NCBI GenBank assembly: GCA_033764955.1
Contig: JANRIL010000006.1
Location: 32,001 to 96,000 of the forward strand
Reading direction: 5' to 3'
Length of the DNA stretch: 64,000 nucleotides
From: Cyanobacteriota bacterium
Lineage (GTDB): Bacteria; Cyanobacteriota; Cyanobacteriia; Thermostichales; Thermostichaceae
Shown: positions 1 through 11,355 of the stretch, in pieces
Layout: each line of letters starts with the position of its first letter
Position numbering within the stretch: position 1 is the stretch's first letter
Notes under the pieces: model-generated
What the model was told of the DNA's origin: nothing
Database searches by the model: none
Seen by the model: only the letters and a program-made list of their open reading frames with translations
Position numbers and translations under genes: made by a program

Positions 1-121
1 GGCGTCTTGCCCCCGTGATGCCTCCCAGCACCAATCCTGTGGCTTTGGGGGATCCTCCCCCCAACACCAAATCCCCCGATTGCGGCTGGGGAATGGCGTT
101 GATCGCGGCTGTTTCCTGCAT
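1..121 (-). CDS. 5' part of a conserved cyanobacterial protein (runs off the window start)
   Basis: Manual translation MQETAAINAIPQPQSGDLVLGGGSPKATGLVLGGITGARR; resembles the cyanobacterial N-terminal 'QP..D.VLGG...VLGG.EG..RR' motif. Confidence 0.55.
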   Translation of the reverse strand, partial: MQETAAINAIPQPQSGDLVLGGGSPKATGLVLGGITGARR

Positions 122-183
122 AGCCAAATGTGTGTTGTGCTTACGGATCCCTACTCTGTTGCAACAAGCCAATGCTAATCAAT

Positions 184-201
184 GTTGCAAAACTTTACAT
201 T
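184..201 (+). promoter_or_regulatory. HLR1 (RpaB-binding) direct repeat upstream of the hli gene
   Basis: GTTGCAAA-AC-TTTACATT matches (G/T)TTACA(T/A)(T/A)-N2-(G/T)TTACA(T/A)(T/A) with 1 mismatch; hli promoters typically carry HLR1. Confidence 0.7.
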
Positions 202-263
202 TCATCGATTGTTTGTTAAGTTAGGACTATCACAATCAAGCTAGCCCCAGGGGGAGGTATCTT

Positions 264-485
264 ATGACTCGGTATCGTTCGGTGGTGGTGGAAGAGGGCG
301 GCAGACTGAACAACTACGCCATTGAGCCAGAAATGTATGTGGATTCTACCCAGCGCACCGGATTCACGGAATATGCCGAAAAGCTGAATGGTCGCTTGGC
401 GATGGTTGGATTTTTGGCCTTAATCGCTGTCGAGGTGGTTTCCAAGAGTACCCTGATTGACTTGGTGGTTTCTTTGGGGCGTTAA
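264..485 (+). CDS. hliA: High-light-inducible protein (HliA/B type, CAB/ELIP/HLIP family)
   Basis: N-terminal [12 protein letters not shown], chlorophyll-binding EKLNGR motif, one TM helix; GGAGG RBS. Confidence 0.85.
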   Translation: MTRYRSVVVEEGGRLNNYAIEPEMYVDSTQRTGFTEYAEKLNGRLAMVGFLALIAVEVVSKSTLIDLVVSLGR

Positions 486-1807
486 GCCTTCTGGCTAGCC
501 TGAGGCGAGCTGACTAGGATCCCGGCATCGTCATAAAACCTGGGATGCAAAAAAGGCTTAACCCCTTCCGGGATCCGCAACTGTCCTTCGGCAGTTTGAT
601 AGTTTTCTAGAATAGCAGCCATCGTCCTTCCCACCGCCAGACCGGAACCATTCAGGGTATGCACGTAATGGGTTCCTTTCTGTCCCGCTTCTTTATAGCG
701 GAGGTTGGCACGCCGCGCCTGAAAGTCCCAACAATTGGAGCAGCTAGAAATTTCCCGGTATTGGTTAGCCGAGGGGATCCATACCTCCAGATCAAAACAG
801 CGACTCGCCGAAAAGCCCAGATCGCCTGTGCATAGCTCGATTACTCGATAGGGTAATTGCAACATTTGCAGGATGGCCTCCGCATCAGCCACCAATTTGA
901 GGTGTTCTGCCTCCGATTGATCAGGGCGGGTTATTTTCACCATTTCCACTTTGTTGAACTGATGCAGGCGGATCAGTCCTTTCGTATCTCGCCCGTAGCT
1001 GCCAGCCTCACGACGAAAACAGGGGGTGTAGGCACAAAAATTGATAGGTAATTTTTCGCTGGCAATCACCTCTTCCCGATAGAGATTGGTGAGGGGGACT
1101 TCTGCGGTGGGGATGAGCCACAGATCATCGTCGGCACAGCGAAAGCTATCCTCCGCGAACTTGGGTAATTGTCCGGTTCCCTGCAAGACAGCGGAGTTGA
1201 CTAAGAAGGGGGGCATCACTTCCAGATATCCGGCGGCAATATGGCGATCCAACATCATGCTGATCAGGGCGCGTTCCAGGGCGGCTCCGCATCCCATTAG
1301 CGCGACAAAACGGCTTTGAGCAACTTTCACGGCTCGCCCAAAGTCCAACAACCCCAAGCTCTCGGCAATCTGGTCATGGGGCAACACCCCATGGTCAGGC
1401 TTAAATTCATCCCCCCAACGGCGCACCTCCACATTGTCGGCTTCGCTCTTGCCGATTGGCACAAGCGACTGCGGCAAATTCGGGATCCGCAAAAGCTGAA
1501 GGGTAATCTGCTCACTCAGCTCGCGCTCCTGTTGTTCGAGGGCGGCAATTTCTGCTTTAAGCTGGCTGCCCCGCTCCCGCAAAGCCACGACTTCCCCTGC
1601 TTGGGGATCTTTGCCCCGGCGGATCTCCTCCCCCACCTGCTTCCCGATGGAGTTACTTTCCGCCTGTAGGGAAGAACGCTGAGTTTCCAGATGGCGTTGT
1701 TGGGCATCCAAAGCTAGGATCCCGTCGAGATCTACAGATTCTTGGCGGTGCTGCAAACCCTGCCGAACCCAAGCGGTCTGATCTCGCAACCATTTTAGAT
1801 CCAACAC
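482..1807 (-). CDS. serS: Serine--tRNA ligase
   Basis: MLDLK start, coiled-coil arm, [48 protein letters not shown]. Confidence 0.98.
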   Translation of the reverse strand: MLDLKWLRDQTAWVRQGLQHRQESVDLDGILALDAQQRHLETQRSSLQAESNSIGKQVGEEIRRGKDPQAGEVVALRERGSQLKAEIAALEQQERELSEQITLQLLRIPNLPQSLVPIGKSEADNVEVRRWGDEFKPDHGVLPHDQIAESLGLLDFGRAVKVAQSRFVALMGCGAALERALISMMLDRHIAAGYLEVMPPFLVNSAVLQGTGQLPKFAEDSFRCADDDLWLIPTAEVPLTNLYREEVIASEKLPINFCAYTPCFRREAGSYGRDTKGLIRLHQFNKVEMVKITRPDQSEAEHLKLVADAEAILQMLQLPYRVIELCTGDLGFSASRCFDLEVWIPSANQYREISSCSNCWDFQARRANLRYKEAGQKGTHYVHTLNGSGLAVGRTMAAILENYQTAEGQLRIPEGVKPFLHPRFYDDAGILVSSPQASQKA

Positions 1808-1884
1808 AATCGCAATCTCTCCTGGGAAACTGCTGTCTATTATCGACTAGTTTGCAGCCTTGTTTGGGGTTGACGACTCGACAG

Positions 1885-2544
1885 TCACGTAGCCGCTTGT
1901 GCTCCCAACACCCAGTGACCTGCCGCCGCCGCTCTTCCCAGAAATTTCCACACCCGACGCACATCCTCGGCTTCGCAGCCCTGGATCCCTAGGCTCTCAA
2001 TCGCCTGCCCCAAAGACGCTTCGCTGAAACCATCTGCTACCTGAACCACCCATTCAGGGGTGAGTAGTCCCACATGATCATCCTCATAACCCGCCAACCA
2101 AAACGGTCGAGGGGGAACCCCCAGAGCTGGACAGGGAAAGCCAATGGTTGCCAATATCCCCTGCCAAGCCGCTAGCGTCGAGATATCGGCTTGATTACCC
2201 AGGCGATCAGGAGTCAAGTGTTCGGGAGGATATTCTACCGCTACTGAGGAAAGGGTTCGACCGCCCGACCCCGACCAGCGCGCACGCCCCGCCACCGCTA
2301 CGGCAGCAGCTCCAATCACCCGGCAACCCAAAAAGAAGTCTTCCTCCTCTGGGAGGAGCCAAACCTGACCATTCTCATGCCTAACGGCGGATTCATACTC
2401 TTCCCGTTCCTCCAATAGCACATCCGCTTGCTGGCAATAGATCTCCCACTCCTCTTCCGATAAGGGATCCACTAGATACAGAAAAGGGCGGAATGCAGCA
2501 TCATCCAGAGCGAAAAGCTCCCCATCAGTATCCAGGCTTAGCAT
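1885..2544 (-). CDS. Hypothetical protein, C-terminus DUF1877/YfbM-like
   Basis: ATG at 2544 with AGGAGGAG RBS; C-terminal 'LLTPEWV..VA...KFLGRAAAAGHWVL' resembles DUF1877. Confidence 0.6.
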   Translation of the reverse strand: MLSLDTDGELFALDDAAFRPFLYLVDPLSEEEWEIYCQQADVLLEEREEYESAVRHENGQVWLLPEEEDFFLGCRVIGAAAVAVAGRARWSGSGGRTLSSVAVEYPPEHLTPDRLGNQADISTLAAWQGILATIGFPCPALGVPPRPFWLAGYEDDHVGLLTPEWVVQVADGFSEASLGQAIESLGIQGCEAEDVRRVWKFLGRAAAAGHWVLGAQAAT

Positions 2545-2684
2545 GGCAACTTCTCCTCCTGGCAATCTTGATTTAGACAGCAGAATTTCGATAGTGGCTA
2601 TGGGCAGTAATACCACAAAAGCATCCGGACAAGAAAGACTGCGCAGGCAGACGACTGAATCGACCGCCTACCCACCTGTTACAA

Positions 2685-2711
2685 AGGGATCCCTTTCATC
2701 AAGGGATCCCT
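2685..2711 (-). terminator. psaAB terminator hairpin built from two GGGATCCC palindromes
   Basis: Minus strand AGGGATCCCTT-GATGA-AAGGGATCCCT followed by TTGT, about 50 nt after the psaB stop. Confidence 0.65.
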
Positions 2712-2760
2712 GTTTTAGTCAACAAAGGTCAATCTAATTGCTTGTCATGGTTGTCAGGAA

Positions 2761-4986
2761 TTATCCAAACTGGGAAGCCGTGGAAGCAATCAAGAAAGCC
2801 GCATAGGTCAGGATGTAGCCAACCGTAAAGTGAGCCAGACCCACCAAGCGTCCTTGCACGATCGACATGGCCACAGGCTTATCGCGCCACTTGACCAATT
2901 TCGCCAAGGGGGTACGCTCATGCGCCCAGACCAAGGTTTCAATCAGCTCTTGCCAATAACCCCGCCAGGAAATCAAGAACATAAATCCAGTTGCCCAGAC
3001 CAGGTGTCCAAACAAGAACATCCAAGACCAGACGGCCAAATTGTTCATGCCATAGGGGGTATAGCCATTGATCAACTGGGCTGAGTTTGCCCAGAGATAA
3101 TCCCGCAGCCAACCCATGATGGTGACTGAGGTTTCGTTGAACTGCGCCGTATTGCCCGTCCAAATACCCAGATGCTTCCAGTGCCAGTAGAAGGTCACCC
3201 AACCAATGGTGTTCAACATCCAGAACATCGCCAGGTAGAAGGAATCCCAAGCCGAGATATCACAAGTGCCACCCCGTCCAGGGCCATCACAAGGGAAGCT
3301 GTAGCCGAAGTCTTTTTTGTCCGGCATCAGCTTCGATCCGCGCGCATCCAACGCCCCTTTCACCAGGATCAAAGTGGTGGTATGCAACCCAAGGGCAATA
3401 GCATGGTGAACCAAAAAGTCACCAGGGCCAATGGGTAGGAACAAGGTTCCATTGGGATCATTAATGGCCGACAACCAACCCGGCAACCAAAGATTGCTAG
3501 CGGCTGCCGAGGCGGCACCGTTGGCATTCGCCAACAGGACATCCATGCCATAGATCAGCTTGCCGTGGGAAGCCTGGATAAACTGAGCAAACACAGGCTC
3601 AATCAAGATCTGCTTCTCAGGCGTACCAAAAGCTTGCATGACATCGTTATGCACATACAACCCTAAGGTGTGGAAGCCCAAGAACAGGGAGACCCAAGAC
3701 AGGTGGGAAATGATCGCTTCTTTGTGGTCAAGGATGCGAGCCAAGACATTATTTTTGTTGGCCTCAGGATCATAGTCCCGCACAAAGAAGATGGCTCCGT
3801 GGGCAAAAGCCCCCACCATCAAGAATCCAGCAATGTACTGGTGATGGGTATAGAGAGCTGCCTCCGTAGTGTGGTCAGCCGCCATAAACACATAGGGTGG
3901 TAGGGCATACATGTGCTGAGCCACCAGAGAAGTCACCACACCCAAGCTAGCCAGAGCTAAGCCTAGTTGGAAGTGTAGGGAATTGTTAACGGTGTCATAC
4001 AGCCCTTCATGCCCGCGCCCCAACATGCCGCCAAATGGTGTGCCTTCGGGAGGCCGGTGAGCCTTGAGAATGTCACGGATGCTATGCCCAATTCCCCAGT
4101 TCGTGCGGTACATGTGTCCCGCCACGATGAAAATCACCGCGATGGCCAAATGATGGTGAGCCATATCCGTCAGCCAGAGGGACTGGGTATTGGGGTCAAA
4201 CCCACCCAAGAAGGTGAGAATCGCCGTTCCTGACCCTTGTGCTGTTCCCCAAATGTGACTGGTGGTATCTGGATCCTGAGCATAAACCCCCCAGTTGAGG
4301 GTAAAGAACGGAGCCAGACCCGCCGGATGAGGCAAGGTGGTCATGAAATTGTCCCAGCCCACGTGCTGACCGCGAGATTCGGGGATAGCGACGTGAACCA
4401 AGTGTCCAGTCCAAGCCAGGGAGCTAACCCCAAACAACCCAGCCAGGTGGTGGTTGAGGCGGGACTCCGCATTCTTGAACCAGGAGAGACTGGGGCGAAA
4501 ACGAGGTTGCAGATGGAGCCAGCCCGCGAACAAAAAGGTGGCCGCCAACATCAACAAACCCACTGCTCCCGCATATAAGTCAGCGTTGGTTCTCAGTCCA
4601 ATGGTGTCAAACCAATAGTAGAGACCGGAATACGCAGCGTTCACAGGGCCATAGCCGCCTTCTTGGGTGAAAGCATCCACAGCCGCTTTGCCAAATTGGG
4701 GATCCCAGATTGCGTGAGCAATGGGGGTAACTCCACTAGGATTGGCGATCCACTGTTCAAAGTTGCCTTGCCATGCAATATGGAAGACGTTGCCGGATGC
4801 CCACAGGAAAATGATCGCGAGATGCCCAAAGTGGGTGGCGAAGAGCTTTTGATAAAGCCCCTCTTCCGTCATGCCATCGTGGGTCTCGAAGTCGTGAGCG
4901 GTAGCAATGCCATACCACAAACGCCGTGTAGTGGGGTCATTGGCAAGGTCTTGACTAAATTGCGGAAACCGAGTTGCGGTTGCCAT
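2761..4986 (-). CDS. psaB: Photosystem I P700 apoprotein A2
   Basis: [37 protein letters not shown] (FX), [16 protein letters not shown] before ATG 4986. Confidence 0.99.
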   Translation of the reverse strand: MATATRFPQFSQDLANDPTTRRLWYGIATAHDFETHDGMTEEGLYQKLFATHFGHLAIIFLWASGNVFHIAWQGNFEQWIANPSGVTPIAHAIWDPQFGKAAVDAFTQEGGYGPVNAAYSGLYYWFDTIGLRTNADLYAGAVGLLMLAATFLFAGWLHLQPRFRPSLSWFKNAESRLNHHLAGLFGVSSLAWTGHLVHVAIPESRGQHVGWDNFMTTLPHPAGLAPFFTLNWGVYAQDPDTTSHIWGTAQGSGTAILTFLGGFDPNTQSLWLTDMAHHHLAIAVIFIVAGHMYRTNWGIGHSIRDILKAHRPPEGTPFGGMLGRGHEGLYDTVNNSLHFQLGLALASLGVVTSLVAQHMYALPPYVFMAADHTTEAALYTHHQYIAGFLMVGAFAHGAIFFVRDYDPEANKNNVLARILDHKEAIISHLSWVSLFLGFHTLGLYVHNDVMQAFGTPEKQILIEPVFAQFIQASHGKLIYGMDVLLANANGAASAAASNLWLPGWLSAINDPNGTLFLPIGPGDFLVHHAIALGLHTTTLILVKGALDARGSKLMPDKKDFGYSFPCDGPGRGGTCDISAWDSFYLAMFWMLNTIGWVTFYWHWKHLGIWTGNTAQFNETSVTIMGWLRDYLWANSAQLINGYTPYGMNNLAVWSWMFLFGHLVWATGFMFLISWRGYWQELIETLVWAHERTPLAKLVKWRDKPVAMSIVQGRLVGLAHFTVGYILTYAAFLIASTASQFG

Positions 4987-5005
4987 GATTTGAATCCTCC
5001 TTGCG

Positions 5006-7267
5006 TTAACCGATGCTGGCAAATCGTGCTAGGAAGAACGCCCACGTCGTGACGATCCCTCCTAACAGATAATGCGCTACGCCCACAGCTCGACCCTGAA
5101 TGATGCTCAGAGCGCGAGGCTGGATAGCCGGAGCGACTTTCAGCTTGTTGTGTGCCCAAACAATGGACTCAATCAATTCTTGCCAATAGCCGCGGCCACT
5201 GAACAGGAACATCAGACTGAAAGCCCAGATGAAGTGAGCGCCCAAGAAGAGCAAACCATAGGCCGACAGAGCACTGCCGTAGGAGTTGATCACCTGCACA
5301 GCCTGTGCCCACAAGAAGTCCCGCAGCCAGCCGTTGATGTTGATGGCGCTTGTGGCAAAGTTGCCGCCCGTCAAATGGGTGATGGTGCCGTTGGCATCAA
5401 CTGTCCCCCAAATGTCAGACTGCATTTTCCAACTGAAGTGGAAGATCACGATGGAGATACAGTTGTACATCCAAAACAGGCCAAGGTAGACATGATCCCA
5501 ACCGGAGACTTGGCAGGTGCCGCCACGGCCAGGGCCATCGCAGGGGAAGGCAAAGCCTAACTTACCTTTGTCCGGAATCAAGCGGGAACTGCGGGCAAAC
5601 AACACCCCCTTGAACAGAATCAAGACAGTGATGTGAATGGTCATGGCGTGAATGTGATGCACCATGAAATCCGCTGTGCCCAAGGTCATCGGCATCATGG
5701 AGACCTTGCCACCTACCGCTACTAAATCTCCCCCAAAGATGGGGCTAACGCCCGCTGCCGCCAAAGGAGCGGTCACCCCCGCCGCTGCTGCGTGGATCCC
5801 TTGGAGCCACTGGGCAAAGATCGGCTGAAGCTGGATAGCCGTGTCAGAGAACATATCTTGGGGACGACCTAGGGCTTGCATGGTGTCGTTATGCACATAG
5901 AAGCCGAAGGCGTGGAAGCCCAAGAACAAGCAAACCCAGTTGAGGTGAGAAATAATCGTGTCACGGATACGCAGAACCGTATCCAGAACATTGCCGCGAT
6001 TAACTGCCGGATCGTAATCCCGCACCATAAAAATAGCGGCATGGGCGGCTCCACCCACAATAAAGAATCCCCCTAGCCACATGTGGTGGGTAAACAGGGA
6101 AATCTCTGTGGCGTAGTCAACACCCATGTAGGGGTACGGATTCATGGCGTACATGTGCTGAGCCACGATGATGCTGACGGATCCGGCCATGGCGAGGTTG
6201 ATCGCCAACTGAGCGTGCCAGGAAGTTGTCAGAACTTCGTACAAGCCTTTGTGTCCTTCACCCGTGATCATGATGGGATCTTTGTGGGCTTCCAGGATCT
6301 CTTTGATGCTGTGACCAATTCCCCAGTTGGTGCGATACATGTGGCCTGCCACGATAAACATGACAGCCAGCGCCAAGTGGTGGTGGGCTTGATCCGTCAA
6401 CCAAAGGGCACCCGTTTGCGGATCCAATCCTCCTTTGAAGGTGAGGAAGTCGCTGTAAGCTCCCCAGTTCAGCGTAAAGAACGGAGCCAATCCCTGAGCA
6501 AAGCTGGGAAACTGTTCCGCCATCAAGGCTGGGTTGAGAATAAACTGATGGGGCAACGGAATCTGATCAATGGGAACCCCCGCATCCATCATCTTGTTGA
6601 TGGGCAAGGAAACGTGGATCTGATGCCCAGCCCAAGCCAGGGATCCCAGACCCAGCAAACCTGCCAGGTGATGATTGAGCATGGATTCCACATTTTGGAA
6701 CCATTCCAGTTTTGGGGCGCGTTTGTGGTAGTGGAACCAACCGGCAAACAGCATTAAGCCAGCCATCACCAAACCGCCAATGGCAGTGCAGAGTAGCTGA
6801 AATTCGTTGGTAATGCCTGCTGCCCGCCACATGTGGAACAGACCAGAGGTAATGCGGATCCCTTCAAAGCCACCACCCATATCCCCATTGAGGATTTCCT
6901 GACCAAAGACAGGCCAGACCACCTGAGCACTGGGGTGAATGTTAACCGGATCCGTTAACCAAGCGGAATAGTTGGAGAACTGCGCTCCATGGAAATACAT
7001 ACCACTCAGCCACACAAATACCACGGCCAGGTGACCGAAGTGGGCTGAAAAAATCTTACGAGAAACGTCTTCTAGGTCACTGGTGTGACTGTCAAAATCA
7101 TGGGCAAGAGCATGGAGGTTCCAGATCCAAGTAGTTGTCTTGGGTCCGCGAGACAGGCTGCGATCGAAATGTCCAGGTTTTGCCCACTTCTCAAACGAAG
7201 TTGGAACTGGATCAACATCTACCGTAACCTTGACCTTTGGCTCTCGCTCCTTTGGCGTAGTTGTCAT
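5006..7267 (-). CDS. psaA: Photosystem I P700 apoprotein A1
   Basis: [46 protein letters not shown] before ATG 7267. Confidence 0.99.
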   Translation of the reverse strand: MTTTPKEREPKVKVTVDVDPVPTSFEKWAKPGHFDRSLSRGPKTTTWIWNLHALAHDFDSHTSDLEDVSRKIFSAHFGHLAVVFVWLSGMYFHGAQFSNYSAWLTDPVNIHPSAQVVWPVFGQEILNGDMGGGFEGIRITSGLFHMWRAAGITNEFQLLCTAIGGLVMAGLMLFAGWFHYHKRAPKLEWFQNVESMLNHHLAGLLGLGSLAWAGHQIHVSLPINKMMDAGVPIDQIPLPHQFILNPALMAEQFPSFAQGLAPFFTLNWGAYSDFLTFKGGLDPQTGALWLTDQAHHHLALAVMFIVAGHMYRTNWGIGHSIKEILEAHKDPIMITGEGHKGLYEVLTTSWHAQLAINLAMAGSVSIIVAQHMYAMNPYPYMGVDYATEISLFTHHMWLGGFFIVGGAAHAAIFMVRDYDPAVNRGNVLDTVLRIRDTIISHLNWVCLFLGFHAFGFYVHNDTMQALGRPQDMFSDTAIQLQPIFAQWLQGIHAAAAGVTAPLAAAGVSPIFGGDLVAVGGKVSMMPMTLGTADFMVHHIHAMTIHITVLILFKGVLFARSSRLIPDKGKLGFAFPCDGPGRGGTCQVSGWDHVYLGLFWMYNCISIVIFHFSWKMQSDIWGTVDANGTITHLTGGNFATSAININGWLRDFLWAQAVQVINSYGSALSAYGLLFLGAHFIWAFSLMFLFSGRGYWQELIESIVWAHNKLKVAPAIQPRALSIIQGRAVGVAHYLLGGIVTTWAFFLARFASIG

Positions 7268-7378
7268 CAAGAACTCCTCTCTTGCGACAAGGAACGAATC
7301 ATCCAACCCGTCCCTTTAGCCAAATTCAAGTACAGGAGAAAATCCCCTGTCAGCGCAAGGAGGGAAGGACTACAAGGC

Positions 7379-7426
7379 ATTATAGGTCAGCCTATGAACG
7401 CCCTCAGTTGCTTAACAATAATTAAA
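7379..7426 (-). promoter_or_regulatory. Putative psaAB promoter (-10 TATAAT plus an upstream AT-rich, HLR1-like repeat)
   Basis: Minus-strand TATAAT at 7379-7384; TTAA repeats 10 bp apart at 7412 and 7422. Confidence 0.5.
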
Positions 7427-7781
7427 TCGGGGATCCCAGTTCCCACGCTGATCTCACCTACTCCAGGGAGAGTCTTTGCCGAAAAATAATAAGATTTGTG
7501 ACAAAAATTGGCGTGACTTAGAGGTTTGTTCAGCAGAAGCGTTTGCAAAAATAAACGATATCAATTTTTGTAAAGGATTCACCCCTCTGGCTGAGGTAAA
7601 TTCTTCTCAGGGAACTAGCCACGGCGGGGGAACCAGTGGTGTAGAGGCTGTAGGTTGCACAAGTTTTGGCGAAATTGAGAAGAAACTATCTTCGGGAGTT
7701 TATGGCGAGATCGAGTTTATATCCTCCATAATCAATTTGAAAACCGCACAAAATGGCAAATTTGCCCCGTTGCTTTACCCT

Positions 7782-8228
7782 ATGCCTCTTGACGTTTCCA
7801 TCCCACCCCAGGCTACCGAGGGATCCCTAGCCTTGTCTCAGGATCGCCTGATTATTTCGGGTCTGCGGGGCTATGGCTACACAGGATATGATCCGGCGGA
7901 ACAATCTTTGGGGCAATGGTTTGAGGTGGATTTTGAGTTATGGACAGATTTGCAGCCTGCGGCACGTAGCGGTGTTTTATCCGATACTATCGACTATCGA
8001 TCAACGGTGGCAGGAATTACCAAGTTGATCAACACCAGTCGGTTTGAGTTAATCGAAACCTTAATTGAGGAAATTGCCAATTTGATTTTGCGGGAGACAG
8101 GGGCTATTCAAACCAAAGTTCGCCTAACGAAATGTCATCCTCCTATGGACGGATTTCAGGGCAAGGTAATCCTAGAAATCATCCGACCTAAGCGGCAAAG
8201 CATCAACAATCTATCGAATGGCTTGTGA
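7782..8228 (+). CDS. folB: Dihydroneopterin aldolase
   Basis: DRLIISGLRGYGYTG..PAEQSLGQWFEVD, DTIDY, FELIETL; start taken at ATG 7782. Confidence 0.93.
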   Translation: MPLDVSIPPQATEGSLALSQDRLIISGLRGYGYTGYDPAEQSLGQWFEVDFELWTDLQPAARSGVLSDTIDYRSTVAGITKLINTSRFELIETLIEEIANLILRETGAIQTKVRLTKCHPPMDGFQGKVILEIIRPKRQSINNLSNGL

Positions 8229-8238
8229 ATTTTTATGA

Positions 8239-9432
8239 TCAGCAGGATTCCGGGATAGCAAACAAATCAGTCAGAATGGTGTTGGAAAATAGCCAGCCCT
8301 CCGGGGGTAGTAGCCTTAGATCATCATCTCGGCAAGCAGCCCAGCCTTTCTCGACGTAAGGAGCCAAACAATCAAGAGCCGCCTCTACCCAGGGTTCTGC
8401 AAAACGTGACCGCAGCTCACTCAACGAAAGTCCTTCCCGCAAGCGCAAGCCCAGCATCAAGGTATTTTGCCACTCTTCCACAAGCGAGGTAGGTGTAGCA
8501 TCTTGCCAAATCTCTCCCTTTTGCACCTGTTGAAAATAGTCATACAGTTTTTGGGGTTGCTTGATTCGTTGGCCTTTGATATACCCAACCGCCCCCATTC
8601 CTAAACCGTAGTAGCTGCCGTTCTGCCAATAGACACGGTTATGGCGGCATTGGTAACCCGTTTGGGCAAAGTTGGAGATCTCGTAGTGCTGATAGCCGGC
8701 GGCAGTCAGTTCCTGAATAGCTAGGTGATACATTTGCACGGTGTCTGCGTCGCTGGGCAAGGGGGGATCCCCTGGTTGATAGGTGCGCCCAAAGCGAGTG
8801 TGTGGCTCAATCGTCAGGTCATAGAGGGAGACATGGGTTGGGTGCAACCCTGTGAGAGCGGTCAAGGACTCTTGCCAATCAAGTAGGGTTTGTTGGGGCA
8901 GGCCAAAGATCAAGTCTAGGTTGAAATTTTCCAGACCCACGGCTCGTAGATCCGCAACCGCCTGATAGACCGCCTCCACCCCATGCCCTCGACCACAGGC
9001 TGCTAACAACTTTGGTTGAAAGGCTTGTACACCCAGGCTGACCCGATTCACACCCGCATGGCGATAATCAAGCAACTGAGAACGACTGATAGTACCAGGA
9101 TTAGCCTCTAGAGAAATTTCTATATCGGCTGACCAGGGGATCCGTTGCTGTAGGCGAGATAAAATACGGCTGAGCTGTTCCCCTGAGAGAAGAGAGGGCG
9201 TCCCCCCGCCAAAAAAGATAGAGGTGAGGGGCTGATCCCCCACGGGCATTTGTTCAATCTCTTGGCAAAGCACCTCGACATACGTCTCAATCAAATCAGC
9301 CGTTCCCAGGCCAGTAGCAAAATCACAGTAATAGCAGCGCTGGCGGCAGAAGGGAATATGCAGGTAGGCAGCCTGCGGCCAGGGATCCCTCCTCTGCTCA
9401 GGAAAGTCAAGCCAGTGGGCGAAAGTGGGCAT
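8239..9432 (-). CDS. hemW: Radical SAM heme chaperone HemW
   Basis: YLHIPFC-RQRC-YYC (CxxxCxxC), GGGTPS, HNRVYW (HNxxYW). Confidence 0.93.
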   Translation of the reverse strand: MPTFAHWLDFPEQRRDPWPQAAYLHIPFCRQRCYYCDFATGLGTADLIETYVEVLCQEIEQMPVGDQPLTSIFFGGGTPSLLSGEQLSRILSRLQQRIPWSADIEISLEANPGTISRSQLLDYRHAGVNRVSLGVQAFQPKLLAACGRGHGVEAVYQAVADLRAVGLENFNLDLIFGLPQQTLLDWQESLTALTGLHPTHVSLYDLTIEPHTRFGRTYQPGDPPLPSDADTVQMYHLAIQELTAAGYQHYEISNFAQTGYQCRHNRVYWQNGSYYGLGMGAVGYIKGQRIKQPQKLYDYFQQVQKGEIWQDATPTSLVEEWQNTLMLGLRLREGLSLSELRSRFAEPWVEAALDCLAPYVEKGWAACRDDDLRLLPPEGWLFSNTILTDLFAIPESC

Positions 9433-9791
9433 GGGATCTTAAAATTACGGAAGGTGACGTTTATTTACTCAGCTTAACTCCCTCCCCGAATCCAAGCCGC
9501 ATCTATCCGCCCACAGAGAGGGTTGTCCCCCCATCACCCCGAAGCCTTTCTAACCAGACTGAGAAATCCTTTGCAGAGCGTCATCCAGATGTTGCGGCGG
9601 GTTGCTTTTAATGTTTATGCCGTATTATCCCTCCAGCCCATCAGGGAAGCATGTCTAGAATGATTAGGTATATCTATCGGAGTATCAGAAATTAGATCTG
9701 TGACCGACGTGCTGAGCCGGATCGGTTTGCCTTTACTTCCTCTTGATCATCATCCAACATCATTCCATTCATAAAAGCCAAGGCCAAATTT

Positions 9792-10886
9792 ATGCTAGAC
9801 ATTCTCCTGACGTTCATCTTTATTGTTGCAGGTAGCGGGTTAGGGTTTTATGGTTTAGATTTTTTGCCTAGTGAGGTTGTTCAGGGAGCCAATATTGACG
9901 GGGCTCGCTTTGTTACCGCTGGGTTTGGTGTTGTGGTGGGGTTAGCAACTGGACTAGGAGTGCGCTGGGGTTATCGTCGTTTTGAAGCCAACATTCGCTC
10001 ACTTCCTCCTGACATCTTGATCAGCCGTTCAGTGGCTCTGGTGATTAGTTTGGTCATTGCCAATCTCGCCATGGTACCTGTTTATTTATTGCCTTTACCG
10101 GAAGAGTTACGCTTTATCGAACCCCTAGCGTCGGTCTTTTTTAGCTTGGCCTTTGCCTATTTGGGCACAGGATTAGCTGATACCCAAGGCCCTGCTTTGT
10201 TGCGTTTATTCAATCCCAACTATGGTCTACAAGCTGCTCTTTTGGCGGAGGGCAGTGTCAGTCCGGCTAGTGCCAAAGTGATTGACACCAGTTGCCTGAT
10301 TGATGGGCGAATTTCTCAACTGATCCAGGCGGGCTTCTTAGAGGGAACTTTGGTCATACCCCGCTTTGTTTTGGTGGAACTGCAAACTATTGCCGACAAA
10401 GCGGATCCCCAAAAAAGGGAGCGTGGACGGCGCGGTTTGGATATGCTGCAAGAATTGAGAAATGCCTATCCCGATCGGTTCGTTATTCACGAGACTAATT
10501 ATCCTGACTTGGATACGGTAGATGAAAAATTGGTGAGGTTAACCCAAAGTGTGAATGGAGCCTTATTAACCACTGATTTTAACCTTAAGAAAGTGGCTAA
10601 CGTTCAGAACGTAACCGTCTTAAACATCAATGAGTTAGTGGAGTCTCTGCGACCTGTTTATCTGGCTGGAGATAGTTTAGAAATAAAAATTACCCGTGAA
10701 GGAAAAGAACCGGGTCAGGGGGTGGGCTATTTGGAAGATGGCACGATGGTGGTGGTGGAAGAAGGATTGCGCTCGATCGGTAAAAAGCGGGTGGTGGTGG
10801 TAACCAGTGCCATTCAAACAGCGGCGGGACGGATGATATTTGCCCGCTTACAAACTCCAACAACGATCAAAGTTGGATCGGCTTAG
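9792..10886 (+). CDS. Membrane PIN/TRAM-domain protein (YacL family)
   Basis: 4 N-terminal TM helices, IDTSCLIDGRI PIN motif, TTDFNL, GKEPGQGVGYLEDGTMVVVE TRAM. Confidence 0.93.
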   Translation: MLDILLTFIFIVAGSGLGFYGLDFLPSEVVQGANIDGARFVTAGFGVVVGLATGLGVRWGYRRFEANIRSLPPDILISRSVALVISLVIANLAMVPVYLLPLPEELRFIEPLASVFFSLAFAYLGTGLADTQGPALLRLFNPNYGLQAALLAEGSVSPASAKVIDTSCLIDGRISQLIQAGFLEGTLVIPRFVLVELQTIADKADPQKRERGRRGLDMLQELRNAYPDRFVIHETNYPDLDTVDEKLVRLTQSVNGALLTTDFNLKKVANVQNVTVLNINELVESLRPVYLAGDSLEIKITREGKEPGQGVGYLEDGTMVVVEEGLRSIGKKRVVVVTSAIQTAAGRMIFARLQTPTTIKVGSA

Positions 10887-11107
10887 CTGGGGTGGAGCTA
10901 GCCTGCTAAACCTTTATCATGGGTATTAGCCGACAACGATTAAGGGGTTAAGATTAGATCTGTAACTCCCAGGACAATGAAATGATGTAGTTCAATGAAC
11001 ATTTCTTGATTTGGAGGAGTTATGCCATATTTATTATGGACATTATCGTCACATTGCCTCCCAGCAATCAAGCCAGAGAGGAACTAGTTATCCTGAATTT
11101 TTGACTG

Positions 11108-11355
11108 CTAATTTTTAAGGTAAACCTCGATTTCGTTTCCCTCTATCTCCCCAACCATAGCCACAAATATCACCTCATAGCAGATGGCACTCATCGACCA
11201 TAACTACTGTCAATTCTCCAAAATCCACAAGCGCTTTCCACTCTTTTAGCTTCTGGCATATTTCTTTTTTCTTTGAGTCACCACTTCCTCATCCTTCTGA
11301 GGCTATCTCTTCTGAACTTTCCTCCAGCTCATGTCAGCCTCATAAAGAGCAACAG
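11108..11355 (-). pseudogene. Degraded IS630-family transposase fragment
   Basis: Manual translation ALYEADMSWRKVQKR*PQKDEEVV / (-1 frame) KEICQKLKEWKALVDFGELTVVMVDECHLL*GDICGYGWG; matches the cyanobacterial IS630 'DECHLLWGD.CGY.WG' motif; two premature stops. Confidence 0.8.

Noticed and set aside
6083..6757. Long antisense ORFs (also 43202-43906 and 29166-29765)
   Set aside because: Shadow frames opposite psaA, carB and atpG, explained by codon bias
2761..7267. Far-red (FaRLiP) photosystem I paralogs
   Set aside because: No rfpABC, chlF or paralogous psb/apc cluster nearby; the context is housekeeping
9691..10966. ATTAGATCTGT(G/A)AC direct repeat flanking the PIN/TRAM gene as a target-site duplication
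   Set aside because: The enclosed gene is a conserved non-mobile family with no terminal inverted repeats; likely chance or a shared regulator site
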